In this document: piece by piece, positions 29,932 through 46,165 of the stretch
Layout: each line of letters starts with the position of its first letter
How positions within the stretch are numbered: the first letter of the stretch is position 1
Source: the human T2T-CHM13v2.0 reference genome, Homo sapiens
Reading direction: 5' to 3' (one strand)
Length of the DNA: 64,000 bases
Assembly: GCF_009914755.1 (NCBI RefSeq)
Contig: NC_060928.1
Program-made: the position numbers and the translations under genes
The notes under the pieces: model-generated
What the model saw: the letters and a program-made list of their open reading frames with translations, nothing else
What the model was told of the DNA's origin: nothing
Databases searched by the model: none

Positions 29932-30030
29932 CTTCGGAAACTTCGAGGTCGGCGGCCCCATTGAGCTGGCACAGGCACCAGGAGCCCTGGTCGGCGGCGG
30001 GCGCGGCGGGCGCGGCGGGGGCGCGGTCAG
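29932..30030 (-). CDS. PPP2R2C: Predicted 99-nt phase-1/phase-1 PPP2R2C exon encoding (A)DRAPAAPAAPAADQGSWCLCQLNGAADLEVSE, a B55-alpha/delta-like N-terminus
   Basis: Acceptor ctcac...cccttgctgttttgccag|, strong donor AAG|gtaagc, no stop codons, ungapped similarity to WCFSQVKGAVDDDVAE. Confidence 0.65.
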
Positions 30031-30106
30031 CTGGCAAAACAGCAAGGGCGCGTGAGCGCGGGCCCGGGGCGGGGGGCGGGGGGCGGGGGCGCGCGGCGAG
30101 GCTAAC

Positions 30107-30122
30107 CCGGCTGCTGGGCCAT
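30107..30122 (-). CDS. PPP2R2C: Predicted initiator coding segment MAQQP + 1 nt of the distal PPP2R2C isoform
   Basis: gccgcccATGG followed by CCGG|gttagc; removing the 76-nt intron puts it in frame with the 99-nt exon. Confidence 0.5.
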
Positions 30123-33100
30123 GGGCGGCTCCGCAGGCTGCGACCGCGACGGGCGTCCTCCGGGCGGCTGCGGGGGGCCGGGCGCGGCGGCCGCTCCTCC
30201 TCCGCCTCCTCCGGGCTCGGCTCCCTGCGCGGGCGGGCGGGCGGGGAGGCGCGCCCAGAAGGCTCCGCCCGGAGCGCGGGTGCGGGGCGCGGGGTGCGGC
30301 TGCGGGCGCCGAGGGTGGGCGCGGGGCGACGATCGCGAGGCGCGGATCGCAGGGCGCGGATCGCGGGGCGCGGGGCCGGGCACCGGGTAAGAGGCGCGGG
30401 GTGCGGGCGCGGGGCGGGGTGTGGGTGCGGGCGCTGGGGCTGTCGCCACGGACCGAAGCGTCCCTTTCTGCCCCACCCACCGGTCCAGCGGCAGCCGCCT
30501 CCGCCAGCCGTCACCGCGCGAGGGCCGCCTGCCTGATGGCGATGCCCATTTTACTGAGGAGAAACTGAGGCACGGAGAGGGAAAGGGACTCAGGCGGAGT
30601 AAGCGGCCAAGGCGGGGCTCAGCTCCAGATTGCGATTCTGGTTTGAGCCCCTTTGCATCCTGCCCTTCCCCAGACCCGCCCTGCTGGGAGCTGGGGTCGC
30701 TGCCCACCCCCGCCCCCCCACCGGGTGCGAAGGGGACAGCAATCAATGCCATGAGGAGGAACGGGAGCTTCACAGCCACGCCCTCCGACCTTCCACGTGC
30801 AACAGACGAAGGAGGAAGAGCAATCAGCCACGCCGAGAGGAGGAGGCTGGACGTCCCGCGGGAAGGGCCAGGGCTAGAGAAGCCCATCCAAGGAGGGAGG
30901 AGAGAGCGTGCTCCCACGGTGATCCTAAGGCACGAGGGGCCGCTGGCCCTCTTGGGGTCCCAGCTGCCTCACCCTAACTGAGCACAGAACCCCGTGATGC
31001 CAATGTGCACAAAGTGGAAGCAGACAGCCACAGGGACACACGTTAATCCCCCCACTCCCCCCTCTCCTACCCTCCCCTCCCAGGAAGGGAGAGGAGCAGG
31101 GATGGCTAAGGATAGGCTCTCCAGGGAGCAGAAGAAGGAGAGCAGAGGGAAGGAAAGAGTGCTGCAGGCCCCAGGCCAAAGGTCAGGCCACCCCACCCCA
31201 CCTTAGCCCAGTTCTAGGCCCGTGAGCTGCACCCTAGCCCCTCTACACCTCACCTAGCAGGAGGGATCTGCCTTCTAAGCCTCTGACCCCCTCCCTCTTC
31301 CTTCTTGGCCTTGAAAGTCCAATTTCGTCACCTCCACCTCCAGGAAGGCCTCCAGGGTCCTCCCAGGAGCCCCAAAAGCCCCAGAGCAGCCTCTCCCCGG
31401 GGCAGTGCCTGTCTTCCAACACGAGGTCATCCTGCAGCAGCATCAGCCCCTGTTCTCTCAGTTCCCAGCCCTCTGCCTGGCACAGCGTCAGGGCATGGCG
31501 GGGTTTCCTGATAAATACATGTCCCACGGGTAGCCTTACAGCCTGAGGTGGGGTGGACCTGGGTCAGGTCCCGGGCAGTCACTTGGCATGGCCTAGTTTC
31601 ATATTTACAACAACCCTATGAATAGGCATAAATATCCCCATTTTAAAGGTTAGAACCTGGAGGCTCTGGGTCAGGCTGCCAGGAGCCATGGGATGCATCG
31701 TCCCTGCCCCAGGGTTAAGTGACTTGCTCACACTGCAGGTGAGCTGTGGAGGTGGGATGAGCCCCTCAGCTGAGCTTTCTGCACACACCAGGGCATGGCC
31801 CATTTCCTTGAGTGTGCAAGGGAGACAGGCATGCAGGTAATAATACATTCATTTATTCTTTCGACGGAAGGTAGACAGCCCCTCCTTTCTCCCAGGTGCC
31901 AAATCTGGTAGTGAACAAAACGAAGTCTCACGGAGCGTATGGTGTAGCGGGTGAGGAAGATGTTAACCAAATGCACACGTTACTATTGAATTCTATACAG
32001 CCATCAATGCTGTAGAGAGGGGAGGTTCACAGACGCTCTCTTTGGCCTTCCATGTGCAAGACACAAAGGAGGAATAGCAGTCCACTGCACAGAGTGGAGG
32101 CAGTGCTTCCAGGCAGGAGGGTCAGCACGTGCAAAGGGCTTGAGGTAGGAAGGGACTTGAAGGATCCAGTCGTGCAAGGGTGGTGGCCAAAGGAAGCCAG
32201 CTCATTCTAGGCAGAAGAGACACACAGAGGAGGAAAGGGGGGTGAGGATGGGGAGCCATGGGGCCTGTTTGCAGTTGCTGGAAGGAATGTAGTACAAGCA
32301 TGTGGGAGGTACGGCCAAAAAAGCAAGTTGGGGCTAAACCCTGAATTGTTTGCAATGCAGGCTGAGGATGAGGTTTCCTGAGAGACACTGGGTAGCCATA
32401 GAAGGTTTGGGGGTAGGAGTATGCCAGGGTCCATGCTGCTGATCGGGAAGACTGTTTGGCACTGGACGTAGTCCCAAGCAGTTCGCCCATTAAAGCAAGA
32501 GGAAGTCCCCCAGAACTGTCCCACTTGCTCAGGAGGACGAAGAGTGCTGATGTCACAGGGTGCAGACTGAATGGGAGATGGCGCTGGTGGGCCCCTATCG
32601 CAAACTCTCACACCTGCAGAGGTCAGGCTGTTGCTCCTTGTGAGTCACCTGGGACAAGTCTGATGAAGAAGGGCGAGGGCACACACTACACTTCGCAAGG
32701 GTAGCGATGGCCGTTTCGAGGAGCATCAATGCCAGAGAACACTAGCATGATCTGAAAGAGTCCACGTTGCTGTATAGGCCCCTCTGGAACCTGCGTTTTT
32801 CATGACAGAGCTTTGATTCAAATGAGAAGCATTTTGCAGAACATCTCTTCAGAGTGGGGGTTGGCGGGGGGATACACATTTGGCATCAGCTTTTTTTCTG
32901 ACAACAATTTGCTACTAGTAACCAAAGTAACAGAACCCAAAACCTAAAATAGCCTCTTCGGGCTGGGCACGCCAGAGCCTGTTCTTAGAAAGAAATGTTT
33001 CTAGGCTGTAGTCTGTCCCTGCAGTGAAATGCCACCCCCCGTGAAGTGAAGCTGAACTTTCATCTGAGATTGTCACAGAAGCTGCCCAGACACTTCCCCC

Positions 33101-34026
33101 AACCCAGGAGACTCCCCCAACTTCACTGCAATGAGGAATCCCCTCCCCCAACCCTAGCCACAAAAGGGTGTGTCCCCAAGGCCAGGATGGACACTCTCAG
33201 TGCTGGTACAGCTCAGAAAACAGTTGAGGAGGAAAAAGAAACCAACTCAGACCAGCCATTAGAAGAGACCAAGGGGAAATGAAATAAATGCTTTGTATCA
33301 ACACGGGCCTGTGCACATTGCACCTAGACCACATCATCATCCCTGACTCCCCACGGCTCAAACAGCACATCAAATTCATCAGCAGTTTCCGTCAGCTCTT
33401 CCTGCAAAACACATTCAAGCCCGACCATATGTCACCACCCCCACTGCTATTCCCAGGTCCCAGCCACCATCATGTCTCACCTGGACTATTGCACGCACCT
33501 CCTACTTGGTCTCCCCACTTCTGCCCCGGCCGGGGCTGGTGTGTTCTCCACCCAGCAACACAGCAGTCAGAGGGATCCTCTTACAACATAAGTCAGATCA
33601 CCTCACTCTTTGCTCAAAATCCTGCAATGGCTCCCATCTCCTTCAGAGTAAATTCCAAAGCCCCATATCTGCCCACTGCCCCCCACTCTAGAACCTTCCC
33701 TCCTGTTGTTCTTCCCCTGGTTCCCTCCATTCCAGCTACAGGGATCTCCTTGCTGGCTCCTGAGCTTACCAGGTATGGTGCTGCCTCAGGGCCTTTGCAC
33801 TTGCAGTGACTGCTGCCCAGTAAGTTTGGTAAGGTTGGTCCCCAGACATCCACACCGCCCTCTTCTGCACCTCCTGCTCAGATGTCACTTTCTCAATGTG
33901 GCTTTTGCTATTTAAAACTGCACCCCTTTAAATTGTACCCAGTTTAAAACTGTACCCCCTACCCTACCCTCCTGATGGAGTTTGGATATTTGTCCCCTCC
34001 AAATCTCATGTTGAAATGTGATCCCT

Positions 34027-34395
<369 letters not shown>

Positions 34396-34843
34396 TCAGG
34401 TCTGCAATGCCAAGCTTCCAGACCTGATCACAAAGGAGTGGGACTCCAAGAAGAGCGCGATGGGATGTCTGGGTGAATGCACAGTCTCCACCTGTGGTTC
34501 CCCAGATTTACCTGGACCCTCTGGGCCTGCAGAATTGCCCAAGTCCTCCCTCAGAGGATAACAGGCTCTCTCCTTGCCTAAAGATGATACCGCGGCCTTC
34601 AACGTGGAAGACCAAACATCCTGCCCTCCGAATCCACCTATAACCTGTGCCGCCCACCAGATTCATCACTGGGGTTAAGTCACAACCACACCCACCTGGG
34701 GACATGCTGGGCCAGCCAGGGAGGACAAGACTACACCCCAAAGGAGCTATGGACCCAGCCAGCACGGAGCAGTGGGGGTGGGACAGTGCTCTTGGGACCG
34801 GATCAAGGGCAGGAGGAGCTCATGAAATGGGGGACTTCTCCCA

Positions 34844-35290
34844 TTGTTATGGACTCAATTGTATTCCCCAAAAAAATTCATAGATGGAAGCTCTAACCTC
34901 CAATGTGACTGTATTTGGAGATAGGGCCTATAAGGACGTGATTAAGGTGAAATGAGGTCATCAGGGTGAGACCCTAACCTGATAAGGCTGTTATACTTAG
35001 AAAACAAGGAAAAGACACCAGATCTCATTCTCTCTCTCTCTCTCTCCCTCCCTCCCTCTTCCTTCCCTCCCCCTTCCTCCTGCCTTACATGCACAGAGGA
35101 AAGGCTATATGAGGACACAGGGAGAAGAGAGCCATCTACAAGCCAAGAAGCGAGCCCTCTCCAGAAACCGATCCTGCTGGTACCTTGATCTTGGACTTCC
35201 AGCCTCCAGAACCAGGAGAAAATAAATGTCTGCTGTTTAAGCCGCTCAGTCTGTGGTTTCTTCTTATGGCAGCCCGAGATGACTAACACA
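34844..35290 (+). mobile_element. MLT1-type MaLR LTR
   Basis: tgttatggactcaattgtattccc...accttgatcttggacttccagcctccagaacc...gactaacaca. Confidence 0.8.
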
Positions 35291-35733
35291 CCAGTCATGC
35301 CGGATTTAACAGCAGGAGACAGTGCTAACGCACTGCTGAAGTGGCTCTTGAAACTTGGAGAAAGATGGCAGATGACAGAAGAAGGGATCAAAAGACAGAG
35401 AAGTGGGCATGGACCAGAGCAGGCAGAAAACCCACTGGGTGACAGCGTTCCACAAGACACCACCAAGGACGTCCCACTGACCCAGCACCGGCTTCACCAG
35501 GTAGCTCAGGGATGGGGCTGTCCGCCATAGGCCAGGGTGGGTGGTGGGAGGTGCCGTTACAGAACCAGGTTTGCTGAGAGAGCTGGGAATAAGAGGATCC
35601 AGAAATAAGGGGCTAGGAGCCTGCACCAAACCACTGGAAGCAAGGTCAGTGCAATCACTTTAACAAGCACCAAGGCTGGAACACAGTGAGGTCCACGGCG
35701 AGCCATGGAGATGCTTGATAGAAAACGGCACCT

Positions 35734-36808
<1,075 letters not shown>

Positions 36809-38336
36809 CTACTCCTTCCCCAACAGGACTGATGCTCATTGACTCAGGTAACCAGACACTAGGGAAAAATACCCAAATATTTCAAGAAATGTGGCTGAAA
36901 GCAGCAATAGACGTTTATGATCATCCCGGTGTCTGCAGGTGAAGAATCCAGGGTGGCTTCGCTGTGTGTTGTGCCTTGTGGGCCTCCCTGAGGTTGCAGT
37001 CAGGATGTCCTCTGGAATGGCAGGGCCTGGGCTGGAGGGCCTGCTTCCAAGGCACTCACACCCGGGCTGGCAAGACAGTGCCGGCTGTTGGTGGGAGGCC
37101 TCTGTTCCTCTGTAGATGGGCCTCTCCACAGATGGCTTGAGAGTCCTCATGACATGGTGGCCGGCTTGCTCCAGTATTAGAGCCCCAAGCGAGGGTGTAA
37201 CATCACATCAGGCCAAGGGCTCCACTTCACAGCAAAAGAGGTGCAACCGCAGGCACACCCATGGTGTCTAGTGGTCCTATTATGTGCTGTACAACCCAGA
37301 GGCTGCTGGCTGATGGGGGAATGGAGTGGCCAGTTGAAGGCTCAGCCACAGCACCAGCTTGGAGGTGCCACCTGTGAAGCAAGGGCACCATCCTCCAGGG
37401 TGTATGTACATCCCAAGTCAATGACCAGTACACGATGTCCCCAGTGGGTAAAATACCTGGGCCTAAGAACCAAAGAATGGAAGCAGGAATAGCCTAATTT
37501 AGCATCACTCTCAGTGACCTACTTGGAGAATATGTGCTTCCTGTCCACACAACTACAGATTCTGTAGGTTCAGAGGTTCTGGTTTCCAAAGGGGAATGCT
37601 TCCACCAAGCGACACCAGTCACGCCAGGCTACTCATGTCAAGACACCAGTAGGCAGGGGAAGAGTCACCCATCGAGCAGGGGCAGTTGACCTGAACCATC
37701 AGAGGAGGTAGGGTTGCTGTCACACAATGGAAGCAGAGAAGACTGTGTGCCACCCACATGGGTGTCCCTCAGGACTCTTTCACCTGATGTAGTCAGCAAA
37801 TAGGCAAGTCAGCAGCTATGGCTCAAGAAGGGAATGGTCACCAGGGGCTCATCCTCGTTGGTGAGGATCTGGGGCAACCCACCAGGTAAGCTATCTAGTC
37901 CAGCATGGGTCTAGCTGAGGGTGAAAGGGATCTGAATGAATAATCCAGGAGGGGGTTGTGAGTATCACCTTCAAGCCTGAGACTAGCTGCAGCAAGAGCT
38001 CACGCAAGAGCCTTGAGGAAAGTACAAATGAAACCCTACACAGCTGTGATACAGTGGGCAGGAGAGAAAATGACATGAGGTCTCACATGTTGTTGTAGTC
38101 AGATGGGGGGCTGGAGCTGAAACAGCATGGTGATCTTGAGCTGCTCCCTGTGGTCTGCCCCATGTGGGCTGGTTGGGCTTCCTCACAGCATGGTGGCCTC
38201 AGGGTAGTTGGACTGCTGACAGGGCAACTCAGGCCTCCAGGCACGAGTGCTCCAGTGAACATGGATGTCATGGAAGTCACACAGTACAACTTTCACTACA
38301 TTCTCTTTGTAACAAGTGTGTCACAAGCCCGCCCAT

Positions 38337-38795
38337 GGGCCAGGCACAGTGGCTTATGCATGTAATCCCAACACTTTCGGAGAATCCCTTGAGGCTAGGA
38401 GTTTGAGACCAGCCTGGGCAACATAGAGAGATCTTGTCTACAAAAAAGAAAAGAAAAATTAGTTGGGCATGGTGGCATACACCTATAATTTCAGCACTTT
38501 GTGAGATGGTGGTGGGAGGATGCCTTGAGCCCAGGAGTTCAAGATCAGCCTGGGCAACATAACGGGATATTATATCTAAAAAAAAAAGAAAAAAAAAAGT
38601 TTTCATTAGCCAGGCATGATGGCACATACCTGTGGTCTCAGCTACTCAGGAGGCTGAAACAGGGGGATCACGTGAGCCTAGGAGTTTGAGGCTGAAGTAA
38701 GTTAGGAGTCCACCACTGCACTCTGGCCTGGGCAACAGAGCAAGACTCTATCTCTAAAAAACACAAAAATTAATAAAATAAAAAACAATAAATAA
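38337..38795 (+). mobile_element. Composite AluJ-like element (three arms)
   Basis: Partial left arm followed by a diverged dimer and A-rich tail. Confidence 0.75.
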
Positions 38796-38858
38796 ACAAG
38801 ATTCAATGAGAGGAGACATAGACCCTATCTCCTAATAGGAAGAATGTCAAGATCATAT

Positions 38859-39734
38859 TGTAAATCAAAAATAAAATTATAAGCCCCAGCTGAGAGAATG
38901 GACCCCCTGTCGGCCAAGGGGACCCCAAAGAAACCCAAAAAACTAGTTCAGGCCATGATGGGAAGTGGGAGGTCACACATGCCTCATCATAGCCTCCTCC
39001 CTTTAAGTTTCGGCACAGCTGACCAGCATTAACATTAACATAGAGATCCTCCTAAGACTGACAGAACACTTTTGTAGCAATCAGATACCCGATTCTAACA
39101 TGACTCTGGTATAGCAACACACGACAGAGAGCAGGCCCTAAAGGAAATCAAAGTATTTTACCCCAAAATAAATTTTCTTTGACATATTTTGAAATGGACT
39201 TGCAAAGTCATCTCTTGTGGGGGAAACTTGCATTCTGTAGAGAATCTCCTTACTTACTAGCTCTTTTCCAGAGAGTCTGATACCTTTTAAGGTCCCCAGA
39301 GACATGCACATCTATTCTCTCTGAAGCCTGCTAACTGGAGGCTTCATCTATGTAACAAGAACCTTAGCTTCCACATCCCCATTGTCTTAACTCAAGCATT
39401 TCTTTCTGCCGACTCCAACTCTTCAGGTAAAGCTTAACTCTTTTAACCAATTGCCAATCAGGAAATCTTTGAATCCTCCTCTGACCTGGAAGCACCACCC
39501 ACCCACTTCAAGACGTCCCACCTTTCTGGGCCAAACCAATGTATACTTTACATATATTGATTCATGTCTTTGCCTGTAACTTCTGTCCCCATAAAATGTA
39601 TAAAGCTATAGCCCAACCACCTTGGGCACCTGTTCTCAGGACCTCCTGAGGCTGTGTCACAGGCCATGGTCACTCCTATTTGGCTTAGAATAAACGTTCT
39701 GAGATATTTTAGAGTGTGGCTTTTCTCGTCAACC
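38859..39734 (+). mobile_element. MER4-family ERV1 solo LTR
   Basis: Starts tgtaaatcaaaaataaaattataagcccc...gaatggacccc; has aataaa near the 3' end and ends ttttctcgtcaac. Confidence 0.75.
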
Positions 39735-40619
39735 AAATTCTACAAAGAGCTTGGGGGGTGGGTAATGTTGTGGAGCCCATCTTTGGCAGATACAGTCTGC
39801 CAAAGATTGTGACACTGCCTTATCGATAAACTCAGTGGCTTAACACAATTAAAGCTTATTTCTCCCTCTTGTCACAGCTCTTTGGGTTCCTCATGGTTCC
39901 ATGTGGTTCTTCAGAGCCTCCATCGGTGGCTCTAACCTCCCTGAGGTCCTCGGAGTGCCCTCCACTGGAGCAGTGGGTGAGTAAGAGAGCAGGGCTCACC
40001 CACAGGAGGTTGTTAGGGGCCAGCCTGGAAGAGGAGCACAGTGCCCGCCCCCACCCATCCCATTGACTAGCACTTAGCCACGTGGCCGCACCTGGTTGCA
40101 GAGGCTGGAGAGTGGAGCCCAGCTGTGAGCCTGGCCGGTCATGGGGACATGTGTTAGTGAGTACTGTCCACGTCAGGCTCAGACCATCTGACCTGAGGCT
40201 ATGGGGATGCAGGGGTCCCCAGGGGGTGGACAGGACAGAAGGAGGAGGGAGACCTGCTTGGAGAACCTGTTCTCAGTTTCCATTTGTTACATAATGGACA
40301 AGAGGACCAGCACTTTTGCTCAGAGCTGCAGCTCTGGTTCCGCTAGGAAATGCCAGGCAGGGGCACAGCCAAGTGGTTCTCAGACAGTAAACCCCAAGCC
40401 ACAGACCCTTGCTTTCTTGGGCAGGGAGTAGTGGACAGGGCTGACTCCAGGCAACAGTCCCAAACAGGCTGCACCAATGTGACCGCACCTCCCCTGAGTG
40501 CAGGCAAGGGGTGCTGTGCTCACGCTCTCAGCCTGGGTGCATCCTTACTTTGTTCACAGCTCCTCTATCGGACCCATTTCACTGAGGCTCAGCGAGGTTA
40601 CCTATGTCGCCCCAGGTCA

Positions 40620-41027
<408 letters not shown>

Positions 41028-41049
41028 GGAGACAGTCCCATAACAAGCC

Positions 41050-41900
<851 letters not shown>

Positions 41901-42673
41901 GAACCCCCATTTCCCCTTCTGGAGGGTGGTGCAGATTGGAGGGACCCCTGCATTCCCGGCTGGGGAGGGGCTTGGGGGTTGACAGTGGTAACCCATTTTC
42001 CAGGGAAGCCTGGAGCAGGAGAGGGTGGGGCTGGCTTCAGAGCAGGTGGATGTCAGGTGCCCGCTGGGAAGGGGCCGGGCTGGTCCCCTGCGGGGCTGAA
42101 TATTGGAGGCCAGCTCAGCGTCCTCCGCCCCCCAGGACAGGGGTGAAGGTGGACCTGTGGTCACCTCCTGGTTCTGCTCAGGACCTTGGGCGAGGGGCTT
42201 TGGTCCCTAAGCCTCAGTTTCCCCATCTGTAAAGGGTAGGGGAAGCATGCCCACTACAGCCAGTTTCCAGAGGAGAAAACCGAGGCCCAGAGAGGGTTGC
42301 TGCCTTGCCCAAGGTCGCTCGGGAATAACCCTCATGCCTCCTGACTCCCTGCTCGGTGCTCCTTCCATTCATGTAAGCACTCTGTGGGCACCCTGTGTGC
42401 AGGGCCCTCGGGACTCGGATGGGAACACACTACAGCTGTGGTCCTTGGAGCTCCCAGCCTTGGGGAGGCAGACGCCTAGACGCCAGGGACAGCCTGGGGA
42501 GCTCTTCCTCTCAGCACCAGCTTTCCTCATTTCAGCCCCAGCAGGCCCCTTTGGGGTCACTGGACCACACCCCGACTGAGGCCTAAGACTTTCCTGTGCT
42601 GCCCCTCAATGGCACACTCAGGGCCCAGCCCCCCAAATTGCACACTCAAGGCCCAGCTTGCTCACCCCTCTGA

Positions 42674-43258
<585 letters not shown>

Positions 43259-44728
43259 TGAGTTCCATGCCTGGGAGAGATTGCTTTCAATTTAATCCTG
43301 AATTTCTGTCTATTCTTGAAAAAACTGCCAGCTCTGGCAACCCAGCTGTGCACTTCCGTGCCAGCTGGCACTAAGTCAGCAGTGCCCCCTGACACCAGGC
43401 ATCCCAGGTGTCCCCAAGCCCTCACCCTCTTCTCTCATTTGTGTTATCTGCCTGGCCCCCGGGCCCAGGGTCTGGTGACCCTTGATGAGGGTGCGATAGT
43501 CCCTGTGGTTTGAGGGTAGGCAGCAGGTTGCTTCATACAGCATGGAGAGTCAGAGTCCCCGCTGCACAGTGAGGCAGCCTGGGTCCCATCCTGCTCCCGC
43601 ACCAGGGGACACGACTAGCCCCTGCGAGCCACAGATTCCACTTCTATTAAACGGGGGTGACCGCCCCATTGCAGAAAAGTCATGCCAAGAATGAAGCCCT
43701 GGCGTGAGCACCCAGGACGATACTCGGGGGTTCTTAGTTTCCTCCCAGGTATCCACCTGCCTTCAGAATAGTTGCTGAACATAAAGTTCAGGGACGCCAA
43801 GTGACTTGCTCAAGGGAGTGAAGCGGAGAAGGGAGAGCAGGGCGTCCACCAGGCCCCGCCAGAGTCACGGGAAGGAGCCGGACATCCAATGGCCACTTGA
43901 TGCTGCCAGATAGTGGGGTTCTTACCTCAAGTTAAAGAGACATTCCAGGTTCAGAGAGGGCACGCCACTGGCCTGCAGTCACACAGCTTGTAAGCGGCAG
44001 GTGGGATTCTGAGCCAGGCATGCCTGACTCGAGGCAGGCCTTTCCAGGATATCCTGTGAGCGTCCCATGCTTCTTCAGGTGGACCCCACCAAACCCAGTG
44101 GTCTGTCTCCTAGCCCTCAAAGAGAAGCATGGCCTGCATGGCCCAGTGAAGACCTGGACAGGAAACTTGTGGCAGAGCTCCCTGGAGGCAGGAATTGTTG
44201 CCTGCTTCATTCACTGCTGAACCCCCAGTGCCTGAACAGTGCTGGTTGTGTAGTAGGTGCTCACTTAACATTTGTTGAGTGAATGATCTACATATAGTGC
44301 ACCTTAAGAAACAAACCAAAGGCACAGCCTATAAACAGCTGTGTGTACACATACTGAGGTGTGTAGTGTCTAGGGCAACAAAGGTGTTATGTGTGTAGAG
44401 ACGGGGATGTTAAGCAAATAGGTTAAAAATGGTAGTGATGAGTGAACCTTGGGAAAGGATATGGGAGCTCTTTGTTCTATTCCTGAAACTTTTCTAAAGT
44501 TTAGAATTAGTTAATAAAATAAGATTTAAGAAAATCTTATATATACAAATATATATCTCAAATACCACCTGAGGGCTGCATGATTTCTAGGTGGTGGGAA
44601 CACAGTGTGGACCAGGACAGACAGTGCCCTGCTTTTATAGAGTAAGCAAGGGTGGGGAGTTTTATGCAGGGCGTGTGTGGCGCTGTAGGTGTGTTCCCCA
44701 CAGACCCAGCCATGCTCAGGAGCCGTAA

Positions 44729-44947
<219 letters not shown>

Positions 44948-45284
44948 TGAGCTCTGTCTGCCCCTCTTAGTGGGGTCGGGGACCTTAACCAGTGAAAGCA
45001 GTGATTTGCTAGTGCCATATTCATGCCTCACCAAGGAAGTTGAATGTAGGGGTTAAGAGCATGGATGCTAGAGTCAGATGGTCTCAATATATCCTGGCTC
45101 TGCCAATTCCCTCCTCTGTGACCCTGGAAAGGAATGTAACTTCAGTTTCCTCATAGATAAAATGAGTTTGATGGTAATACCTACCTCAAAGGGTTGTTGT
45201 GAGTATTAAATGGGATAATTCAAATAAAGCACTTTAGTAGGATGTGGGTTCCCTAGTAAATGCTCAGTAAGTGTTTGCTGCCTT

Positions 45285-46165
45285 CCATCACAATTACCAC
45301 CTTCAGCACCATAATGACCATGACTACTACCATCACCACCACCACCACGATGACCATCACTACCACTACCATCACCACCACCACCACCATCACCATCACC
45401 ACTACCACCATCACCACCATCACCACCACCATCACCATCACCACCACCACCACCATCACCATCACCAGCACCACCACCATCACCATCACCACTACCACCA
45501 CCACCACCATCACCACCACCATCACCATCACCACCACCACCACCACCATCACCATCACCAGCACCACCACCATCACCATCACCACCACCACCACCACCAT
45601 CACCACCACCACCCTTCACCACCATCACCACCACCACCATCACCACCACCATCACCATCACCACCACCATCACCACCACCACCACCATCACCACCACCAC
45701 CACCACCACCATCACCATCACCACCACCATCACCATCACCACCACCACCACTACCCTTCACCATCACCACCACCACCATCACCATCACCACCACCATCAC
45801 CACCACCCTTCACCATCACCACCACCCTTCACCACCACAATGACCATCACTACCACTACCATCACCACCACCATCATAACTACCATCACCACCACCCTTC
45901 ACCACTGCTATGACCACCACTACCACTACCATTACTACCACTACCATCACCACCATCACCACTACCACCATCATCTTCACCACTACAATGACCATTACTA
46001 CCACTACCATCACCACCACCCCCTAAACACTATCACCATGATCACCACCCATCACTGTCGCCACCACCATCACCACATCCATTACTACCATCCCCTCCAC
46101 AATCATCATCACCACCACCATGACCATCTCCCTCACCATTGTGTCCACTGTCCTCAGCACCATCA
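45285..46165. repeat. (CAC/CAT)n trinucleotide-based tandem repeat in MAN2B2 intron 3
   Basis: Directly visible; source of the poly-His/Thr/Pro/Val ORFs. Confidence 0.97.

Larger units (their letters stand above)
29150..30900 (-). promoter_or_regulatory. PPP2R2C: CpG island / distal promoter of PPP2R2C
   Basis: Very high GC and CpG density, many GC boxes, and - strand splice donors at 30107 and 29932. Confidence 0.85.

Noticed and set aside
29123-30981. Several unspliced 180-274 aa Pro/Arg/Gly-rich ORFs
   Set aside because: Expected from stop-codon scarcity in a CpG island; only the splice-bounded 99-nt segment resembles a known protein
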